Of a stretch of 64,000 nt of DNA, positions 36,280 through 45,828 are shown piece by piece; positions within the stretch are counted from its first letter, which is position 1, and every line of letters starts with the position of its first letter. The translations under genes were made by a program, and so were the position numbers. Origin of the DNA: Podarcis bocagei (lineage: Eukaryota); the NCBI GenBank assembly GCA_964188305.1, contig OZ076892.1, one strand, 5' to 3'. The notes under the pieces were generated by a model. That model was not told where the DNA came from and made no database searches. It was given only the letters and a program-made list of their open reading frames with translations.

Positions 36280-39234
36280 TACATTTCCACTTGATAGTGC
36301 TATTTGCAATAAATAGCACAGCACCATCAAGGGCGAACAGCACCTAGAGAGGGTGAACTTTTCAGCAAGAAACTGTTATGGGGCAGAATGCATCCACAGT
36401 CCCAAAGACACATGGATAAAGGAGAAAGAAGGCTGGGAGAAGACAGTTAAAGGCTGAAAAGGCGAGACAGAAAACCCTTACTTGTGATTTAAGGATTAGC
36501 CAGAGGTCGGGGGAATACCTGGGTGTTAAACTGCAAGCTGGAAGATCTTCCTTGGAGAGATACCTGAACTTGCCATTCATTTCCCATGAATTTTGTCTCT
36601 AAAGCCACCTGTGTCACCTGAACCTGATAATATATCTGGATATAGCTAAGGAACACAGACATGCCTTGGACCATTTGAAGGAAAATACATTTTGGGCAGC
36701 TATGTAATTAGACAGCACATTGCTTTAATGTTGTGTATATGAGTATTACCCATAGTGGACAAGTATGCTGCATATTCCAGAACTATTTTTGGACTTTGCT
36801 GCAGATGGAATCCTACAAAGTTCAAGCAAAGGAACCAGAGCAGATTCTAATCATGCCATTTTTTTACAGGAAAAAGGATAGGACATGCCAGCAATGGTTA
36901 TTTTTGCTTCAGTAAGAACTGCTGTCAGCAAAAGCCATGTCTATAATATAGTCTATCTTCAAATGTGCCAGCTGTGTGTGTAGGCATTTAAATGAGGTTC
37001 AGAGGGTTAGAATAAAACTGTAAACTTTCATATATTTGAGGCCTAAGTCATTTAAGGATTTAAACGCTAACACAAGCACCTTAAATTGGGCCGGAAAACA
37101 AACTGGCAACCAATTCACCTTGCACATTTCATTTTGAAAAATCATGTTTACAGGGAATTTGATGTGGTTTCAACCATAGGAACTATCTAAGGGGGGGGTC
37201 TGGGGGTCCAAGGGTCCCCCACAAAAATTCAAGAAGGGGGCTAGCCCCCCAATAAATCTGCAGCAGCCATGCACACATATTGCACAAAATGCTCACCTTA
37301 ATAATGCAGCTCTCATGGTGTGCCCACAGCACTCATGCATACTTCACAGCATGTGTGTGACTGATGTCAGCACGTTGAGTGATTTGCATGACTGGTGCCA
37401 GCACATTCAATGATGTGTGCACATGGCACAAGCACAGTGTGTTGACGTGTGAGCACATCAGCACATCACACAGTGTGCTGACGTCACTTGTGAATGATAA
37501 CCCTAACCCTCAATTGCGAGAACAAGGCGGCACATTTGCTTTCAACAACAGCAAACATACACACAGAAAAAAGGCGGCACATTTGCTTTCAATGTAGAAG
37601 ACACAAAATGAGTATCCACATATGCCTGGGATGAAATCTATACAGTTTAGCCAAATTCCTTCAAGGTGCAATAGCATGTTAATGTAAATCCTGCTTTTAA
37701 ATGCTATATTGACAATAATATGAACGGAGATAAAAGAAAGATGTAGGATCCACTACTTGACAGAATATCACCTATCTAAAGTTCATTAGGTTGTAGAAGT
37801 CGTTTAAAAGACCTGCGGTCAGATGAATAGGTGTGAACTCTTTGTCATCACTGCAAGGTGAAAGAAATACAAGCCAGTAATAGGAAGAGAAAAACAACAG
37901 GAAGGTGTATGGTAAGATGTGGTGTGTCGGATGTGTAACTTTATCTTACATGCTTCATGGTTTTCCTGTTAAACTCTTCTGTAATTCACAAAGCATCAAT
38001 GCTAAGAAAGTGCTGATTTATATATATAGGCTGGTTTGCCTGCTTCCTTCCTATCTTCAAAACATTACAGAGTTCTAGTGCTAAGATATAAAAATGAGAC
38101 TCTGCTGTGTTGATCTGTATTTCTGGTGCCCTCAGTGCTTTTATGGCTTATGAGATACACACACTATGGTCTATACTTTGAAGGGAAAATATAAGATACA
38201 ACACACAGATACCTTTCCCTGACCCTTCTAATCCTAGCTCTAAAATTTAGGGTCAAACTAGATGTTATATAAATCCCACAAATTCTTTTTAATGTGTACA
38301 TTTTTGTTATGTAATGACTGTGGGCAATAGAGAAGGGAAGCTTACATTTTTTCCTCTTTGCCATGGTCCTGTCATGGGAAGCCAGCCTCCACTGGTGCAC
38401 TTCAGTTGCGGGGGGTTGCATTGCTGTACCATTGACCGTTCCAGATTGATGTTAAATAGAAGGGAGGATTCTTATCCTCCCATGCTCCCATAGAAGCCTA
38501 TGGGACACCTGAGTCAGAGTCTGTCTGCATCACCCTCTAGGGAGGACAGAACCACTGTAAAACCAAGCCAAGCGGCTCAGGTAGATACCATGGTCCAGCA
38601 GAACCAATAGGGATTGGCTCTCCTACTTGTCCTGGGTAGATAATCTTCCAGAGTGATTAGGTTGTCTGTGTCTCAAAACTCATCCAGAAGATAAATTTGA
38701 GTCTAGATCATCAATGTCATAAATAAGTCCCTGGAGTTGGGTCGTTGTCACATCATCACCTTGCCCATTTGAGATTTGACTGGCAGCTACTTGGCACAGT
38801 GGGATTTCAATAAGGCTGCCTCTGCTCTCAAGTAGGGATGGGGGATAAATCTGATTCACTTTGTATTTAAAGGTGAACCCACTAAATTCACACTTTCCTA
38901 AACACTATGCAAACTGAAACATAGCTGTCCTTCAAAATTTGCACTTCTTTGAATGTTGCAGTACAGTTCTCCAGAAAAAATGAATAGACTGGAGTAGAGT
39001 ATCCATAATAATAATAATCCATAATAATCCATAATAATGAATGAAAATATCATATAGAAACGTTGCTTTAGACTAAGATGAAGTGTACATTAGGGGAAAT
39101 TCCATGCAAATATGCATATTAAGAGAAATTCATGCAAAAATATTGATGAAATTTCATGAGGACCCTTGTTGTTCCTCATGAATTGATGTGGAAATTTCGA
39201 AACTGGCGTGGAAACTGAACTTAAGAGTAGAAGA

Positions 39235-39438
39235 TAGGTAGCCGTGTTGGTCTGCCATAGTCAAAATAAAAATTTTTTTTTCTTCCAGTAGCACCTTAAA
39301 GACCAACTAAGTTAGTTCTTGGTATGAGCTTTCGTGTGCATGTGTATCTGAAGAAGTGTGCATGCACACGAAAGCTCATACCAAGAACTAACTTAGTTGG
39401 TCTTTAAGGTGCTACTGGAAGAAAAAAAAAAATTTATT
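39235..39438 (-). mobile_element. Penelope-like element fold-back insertion with TSD
   Basis: Inverted arms 39263-39342 / 39361-39440 (inner 70 bp perfect) with an 18-nt spacer and an unpaired tail 39235-39262. Flanked by the direct repeat TTAAGAGTAGAAGA (39221-39234, 39439-39452). Confidence 0.85.
39344..39381 (+). ncRNA. Minimal type-I hammerhead ribozyme motif
   Basis: Stem I GUAU/AUAC; CUGAAGA (39348-39354), A, stem II GUGUG/CACAC with loop CAUG, GAAA (39370-39373), GCUC. Palindromic AGCU stem III; predicted cleavage after 39377. Confidence 0.8.
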
Positions 39439-39894
39439 TTAAGAGTAGAAGACTGTGACACAAAACTGACATATTCTTACTCTCAAATCTTGGCTACCTT
39501 TCTAACTCATTTCTATTTTGCAGTGAACGTCATATAGTATAACCCTCTGTATCTTAAGTCAAGCCATATCCGAGTCATTTTGCTGACATATTGCCTTATC
39601 CTTTACCTCACATGTGCCTTTTTGCTCTAGAACTACTTTAGTTGTGCTTCCTTAACATGGAACCAAATACCACCACACTGTTGCAACTTCCAAACCACTT
39701 TTAGATGGGCTTGTAACTCTTAGACAGGCTTGTCCTGAAGCAGCTTCACCTGTGCAACATATTAAGCTGGCTTTTGGGACAACTCTCCCTGTCTTTTAAT
39801 CATTTACTGAGTATGTACCTGGTCAAAACAAGCTCCCCAGTTCAGTTTTCTTCACAGCAATATCAAAAGCAACACGATGTCCAGAAACAATGAC

Positions 39895-40143
39895 TTTTTA
39901 ATTTTTATTTTTGGATTTGATATCCCGCTTTATCACTACCCGAAGGAGTCTCAAAGCGGCTAACATTCTCCTTTCCCTTCCTCCCCCACAACAAACATTC
40001 TGTGAGGTGAGCGGGGCTGAGAGACTTCAAGAAGTGTGACTAGCCCAAGATCACCCAGCAGCTGCATGTGGAGGAGCGGAGACGCGAACCCAGTTCCCCA
40101 GATTACGAGTCTACTGCTCCTAACCACTACACCACACTGGCTC
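39895..40143 (-). mobile_element. Squam3-type (Ther1/MIR-derived) SINE, near full length
   Basis: Reverse complement reads GAGCCAGTGTGGTGTAGTGGTTAGGAGCAGTAGACTCG...GGGTTCGCGTCTCC (A/B boxes), then a CORE-like gggtgatcttgggctagtcac and an L2-like tail gccgctttgagactccttcgggtagtgataaagcgggatatcaaatcc. CpGs are retained. Confidence 0.85.
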
Positions 40144-42126
40144 CAGTGTGGAAAACTTTATGAAATAATTCAAAACATCAAAACTAATGAACTGAAATCT
40201 CTGAAATTCCTTAAATGAATCACGGTGCCAGACTTTACCAGGCGGAGAACAAGCTGTGAAGCTTTGTATAATCAGCAAATGTCCAATTCTGATGTCCAGC
40301 TCTGAACTCTGCTGAACAATGTTTCCAGATAACAACTACTGTTTCGTTGAATTCTTCATCAGCCAATTAGTTCAACACTCATAAGTAGAAAGATATGTAA
40401 TTTCTTCATTAACCAATGTTTTTTTTTCGAACAAATATAATATACATGAGAATGAAAAATACTCTGGAACAGTGCTCATGCGATTATGTAGTCACTTCAC
40501 AAACATTTATCAATCTGACATGGTAAGGCTGGGCCCCTCGTATTATCCTTTTGCAACCTGCACAGCTGGTCTCAAAAACTCTTGTTTCCAATTATACCCA
40601 CAGATAATGTTGGGTAAATTCAGCTTCTCAGTATTAGCTTGGCCTAAGCTTGATCCCATTTGACTAATTTCCTGAATCTTAGCAGGATGCTTAAGGAACC
40701 CATTACCTTGCAAGACTGAGGAAACCTGGGCATTTTTGTTATTTGAATTTGGCCTGCAAAAGATATTCATCAATTCTGCCATAAATTAGAAGTTTGTGCC
40801 TAACAGACTTATTCATTAACTGCACTCACCAATCATGTATCATTTCACTGCCTAAAATACTTGCGGCTGGAATTCATTAAGCCTCCCTTTGTAAGTGATC
40901 ATGTGTCTCCTCTCCACTAAACACTGCCCATCTGATAATTGCCTAAACTAAAGCAATGAAATCTGGGACTTTCTATTTTATAGGCATATGCCATTTTGAA
41001 GCTATCTGCATGTTTATTAAACCAGAGGGAATGCTGTTTCTGTAGTATTGCTGCTGTGATCGTCACATTGTTCCTTGATCAACACTTTATGGTCAGCAGG
41101 ATTCTGTGTTTATTTTTTAAAGGGAGGAGAAGCAGGTGTCTTTAAAGCTCAGATTATTTCAATAAAAGATGTTATTGTAATCTGGTTTCTACTTTTGCTG
41201 TTCTTTTAAGAATGAAACAACTACCACTGTGATAATATAAATGACAAGAATAGAGCCACTCACCCTGGACAGCTTGTGAGTAAAACAACACCAAATACAC
41301 AAATATCGAAATTAAAATCAACAAAAAATACCAAGAGAAAGCAGCAGCAACACTTTCATCACATCAGATACTTCATAAGACAGGCTGGATTTAAAACACA
41401 ATAAAATAGCCTGGGTAAATAAAAAGGTATATACTTGGTGTTTGAGAGACCACAGAAAAGGTACCAGGTGACCCTCTCCAGTGTAGATATCAAAGAGCTG
41501 CAAGACCTCTCACTGGCAGCCGCTCACTTCACTTGTCAGGGGCATTCAGAGATCAGCAAACTCTGAAGAGGATATTAAGGTCCAGGTAGTCATATACTAG
41601 GGTGGCAGGGAGAACTTTCAAGTAACTTTGTCACCATGTTTACTGGGTTTATATTTCAGATGGAGATTTAGGGATTGACACAAAAGCTTTTCAGGAAACC
41701 TTTAACCATTTTAAACAAGATGTTCTGGCCCCTCAAGTTTGCTAGTAGACTTGTACTAAAGTGCTGGTCCCAGAAAATGCATCTGCCTTCATTCTCTCTC
41801 TTCTCACAACAGCATACAAGAAGTCCCTGGTTGTTGTCTGTTGCCTGGTATTGTCACTGCTCTCAACTCAGGGACCTTGCCTGGCAGAGGATTCCAATGA
41901 GGATGAGATACTTCTTCAGAGGGAGAACTGCCAGTGCACAGCTCAGCCATCACCCTCCAACTCAGGGGTCGCCCCTTTCATCTGTGATACCTCTTTCTCT
42001 CCAGCCTCATGGAAGCCCCAAACTACAAAATAAGGCGAGGGCCCTATAAAGAGCCAGCAAGTCAGCCAGCCCCTCCAGAGAGGCGGTGCCTGCCACACTC
42101 AAGGCCTAGGTTCTTGCTCCCAGCAG

Positions 42127-42273
42127 CAGTGGCGTATCGTGGGGGGTGCAGGGGGGGCCGGCCGCACCGGGCGCAACATCTGGGGGTTAGGGTTAGGGGG
42201 CGCAAATCCACGGGTTAGGGGGCACAAATTACTTGCCTTGCCCCGGGTGCTGACAACCCACACTACGCCACTG
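42127..42273. mobile_element. hAT (Tip100-like) MITE, short form with TTAGGG motifs
   Basis: TIRs CAGTGGCGTATCGTGGG / CCCACACTACGCCACTG and a perfect 8-bp TSD CCCAGCAG (42119-42126, 42274-42281). Same family as 20580-21235. Confidence 0.9.
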
Positions 42274-43564
42274 CCCAGCAGCAGGGTCCTTTGGAGTTGT
42301 GCAAGGTCTTCTACATTCTCTGCTTGATATGGGGTCTTCACTGGACCCTGCATCTTTTCCCTGCAAGAACTGGACAGTCTGCTCAATTGCTTCTGCTTCT
42401 TTAAACTGTTTCATATCACTGAACTCTGAAATCATATTAAATATGTACAGCATGGTGATGCAGTGTCACGATAGCATAGCATGTGGAAACAGCATCACAG
42501 AAAAACTGTCAAACACAAAGGGTGAAAGAAATAAAAGCGAAATTTGGGGTGAGTGACTTTGTCAGGAAAGTGGGTAAAAATGAACCAGAATGATGACAGA
42601 GATATTTTGACATACCCTTAGATGAATTCCTCGTGGAAATCCACCACTGACCTTGTGCCATGACACAAAGGGATGAAATCAAGAAAGCCTGAATGGCAAG
42701 GGGTATTTATATTGGGATGGGGTGGCCAATCTAAAATAACAGGGTGTGAGAATGCTCAGTGTTGTCCTTGAGGCACACAATACTTATCACTCTGGAAAAA
42801 AGCACTAAAAACAGTGACCAGGAGAGTAAAGGGGTGGAGAGAAAGCAGATCAAATCAGAAAGTAGCAAAAGCTTTGAAGAATTTGTTTAGGTTTAATTCC
42901 ACAAATTTGTGGGTGACGGTAATAATGGTCTTTATAGGCCAAGTGGTTTAGAGAGTCATGAAAATTGAAAACATACCAAAACTAATGCTTTGCGAAAACA
43001 GTTGGTAAAATGTTTTCAGCTTGTGAATTACAGTGGTCTTTTGCTTCTGATAATGAGTGGCAATTGCATCCTAATGCTATTTCATTGATTTCTATTCCAG
43101 TTCAGCTCCCATGCTGGGTTCAGCCTGGGTATCAAAATACAACTATCAGCTCACCATAGGAACAGCTTCGCGTAGAACCTGCTAGAATAATTTTAATGGC
43201 TCTAAGAAGACAAATACGTTTCTATTATTGAACCCCCCCCAAAAAAAAACCACACACCCAACAACTGTGAATAGGATATTATATACATGCAAAATACCTT
43301 ATTTATTTATTTATTTATTATTTATGTTTAGGCCACCACAGTCTGAAAGAACTTGGTGGGCTGCCTTTGGTTTCCAGGTGGGGTTCCCCACCCCTGATCT
43401 TATTCTAATTTACCAAAGTACACGACAACACTGAACAGTGTAAAGGCTACCCAATCCAAGTTTGGTTTAAAAATAAAGACTAATCAGAAGAAAGAATAGG
43501 TTGCCCATCAATAGTTAGCACGTTAACAGCAGACTGACAAGATTTTCCCACTAAGAGATGTATT

Positions 43565-43876
43565 GGGTGGTTGTCAATACTAATTCTACTCAGAGTAGGC
43601 CTATTCAAGTTAATCAGAGGTGGATTTAGGGCAGCATGACCAGTTCTGCCACACTGGTCACTGAAACTAGGGGGTGCCATAGGGTGTCACAACTATGAAA
43701 TAGTGAATTGAGCAGAATGGGAGGTGTGAGGTGGGGCTGCCAAATTTTGGGCTTGCACAGGGCGCCACTGAAGTTTGAAAGACCAAAGTTTGCCCCAGAG
43801 TTGATGTACATGACTAACTTAGGTTCATTAATCTCAGTGGGTATACTCTGAGTAGGACTTAGTTGGCTGCAACCTA
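43565..43876. mobile_element. Palindromic MITE interrupted by a hAT-like insert (about 43615-43797)
   Basis: Outer arms ctactcagagta / tactctgagtag. Inner CAGAGGTGGATTT...AGTTTGCCCC with a degenerate TSD AAGTTAAT/GAGTTGAT. An uninterrupted relative lies at about 50175-50292. Confidence 0.55.
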
Positions 43877-44889
43877 TTGTATGAAATCACAGTAATGATC
43901 ACTAAACTTGCATCTATATATTAACAACACAGGCAAATGTAAAGCAAATCAATGTCCTCTTCTCTGGTGAAGCATTTCCTCTTTTACCCTAGTTACCCTA
44001 CTGTTGTCCCTCTCATCAAAGCCTTTTGACTTCCAGCTTGGAAGGTTGAGTAAACTGGAGAGAACACAACAGCTCTTATAATATTTCTACTTCCTTAATG
44101 CAAGTTACAAATGCATGAAGCACACCTTATAAAGCTGGTCCAAAGCGCTCTAGGATTAACTCCATTTGCATAACTCTAAATTTAATGTAGTACTTCCCTT
44201 CACTAAATTGCACTTATTTGATGAAATACAAAATCCTTTAAAAGGGTTTCCTATCCTAAACCAATTTGTGAAGTTGGATTGTGTGTGTGTGTTTTTTAAA
44301 AAGTATTCTATACAACATTAAAGAAATTAAAGTGATAGGCGCATAATTAGATTAATTATTCATATCTTCCAAGTCTCTAATTCTAATATATAACAAAAAG
44401 ATTAAATATCCTCTCAAAGGATTAAGCAAAAAGTCAAGCAGCAGCAGCAACACATCTACATTACCTTGCTGTGCAAATTGGAAAAACTAATTAATCTCAA
44501 GTTTCGCTCCAAAAATGAATTAGATATTCGTTCACACTCAACTTGGGGCACTGAACAGACATTCCAATGATGGTATGCAATGAGAACCCACTTCCTTCCT
44601 GTTCCTGAGACACACACACACAAGTATTACAATAGCCCAAATCTACTGAAGAAAATTTAAGTCTCGGGTTCAATGTACAAACTGAAAGCCGACTGACTTT
44701 CTTGTTATAACTATGAAGAAAAGTACAACTCAGTAAACATCCCTGGATACTTTCATTATGTAAAAGCTGCAGTGAATGTCCACTTTAATTTTGTCCACCT
44801 TAATTTTGCAAAAGCCTGCAGAGAAGGAGTATTTTCCTGCTTTTCATATGTCCATAAACAAATGCTTGACCATCACATTTTGGCAGCAG

Positions 44890-44952
44890 CTAACTAGGAA
44901 ATGAGAGAACATTTGAAACAGATGTTCAAATGTTCTCTCCATTCCTAGTTAG
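44890..44952. other. Isolated 63-nt inverted repeat (28-bp stem, 7-nt loop)
   Basis: CTAACTAGGAAATGAGAGAACATTTGAA-acagatg-TTCAAATGTTCTCTCCATTCCTAGTTAG; 26 of 28 positions form Watson-Crick pairs. Confidence 0.85.
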
Positions 44953-45640
44953 AACCCTGACTCAGTTTCAAGTAAAGAGAATCAAGGCTGGCACATCTCA
45001 CCATGAGCAATCCACTGCCTTATCTATACCCTGCACTTTGCTGTATGCTACTACCTCTCCCTTCTTCAAGAAGGAAAACCCATATATTGGGGAAGAAGAT
45101 TAGTAGTTGACAGAAGCAGCTGACCATTCCTCCAGGGGGAACTTTAATTCTAGGCACACCCCACCCCCAAACTGGGGATAATGAAGCTAATGCCCTTGAT
45201 CTCTAGTTGGAACTGACATTTTGAGTAAATGTTCCATCCAATGAGATACGCCTGTGCCATATATTCCTAAGTGGCACAATAAGAGAATTAATTTTAAAGA
45301 ACAGGACTTGGGTAAAGGAGAAGTCACATGCCACTGTAACCCCCTCTTCTGGCCCCAGCTTTGAGGCACAGCAAACAGCAGAACAAGAGAGGTGTCTTCT
45401 TGGCCAAGAGGTCCTAAGGCTACCAGATGTAAAGAGATGAAGCTTCACCTCATTCACAGTCGGGAAGCTGATTCACAAGATGGTTCACATGCTGCATCAC
45501 ATGTCCACATGCTGCATTTACATTTGCCTTGGGTCCCCAGCTGTCAGTGGTTGGGTCTGAGCCACCATTTTCATTTCCTAGAATTTCCCTGACAGCACTA
45601 CATTAAGATGGCAGCTCAAATTCAGCTGCCCTGCCCTGAT

Positions 45641-45828
45641 CATAGTAAGCTGCCTTGTACCAAGTCAGACCATTGATCCATCTAGCTCGGCATTGTCTAC
45701 ACTGACAACAGCAACTCTCCAGAGTTTCAGCAGAGGATATTCTCATCCCTAGCAGGAGATGTCATCCCTGAACCTAGGACCTTCAGCAGGCCAAGCAGTT
45801 GCTCTCCCACTGAGCTATGGCCCTTCCC
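45641..45828 (-). mobile_element. tRNA-headed SINE (Squam2-like), near full length
   Basis: Reverse complement starts GGGAAGGGCCATAGCTCAGTGGGAGAGCAACTGCTTGGCCTGCTGAAGGTCCTAGGTTCA and ends ggtctgacttggtacaaggcagcttactatg. Confidence 0.8.

Larger units (their letters stand above)
38833..39485. mobile_element. Old AT-rich MITE (TAGGGATG end) hosting the PLE insertion
   Basis: Starts tagggatgggggataaatctgattcactttgtatttaaagg; a related fragment lies at 61042-61187. Interrupted at 39235-39438. Confidence 0.55.

Noticed and set aside
35500-36290. Several 120-234-aa ORFs on both strands
   Set aside because: They are produced by the stop-poor GC-rich hairpin repeats inside a MITE and show no domain-like sequence.
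45770-45828. tRNA gene
   Set aside because: This is the degenerate tRNA-derived head of a multi-copy SINE, with no intact cloverleaf.
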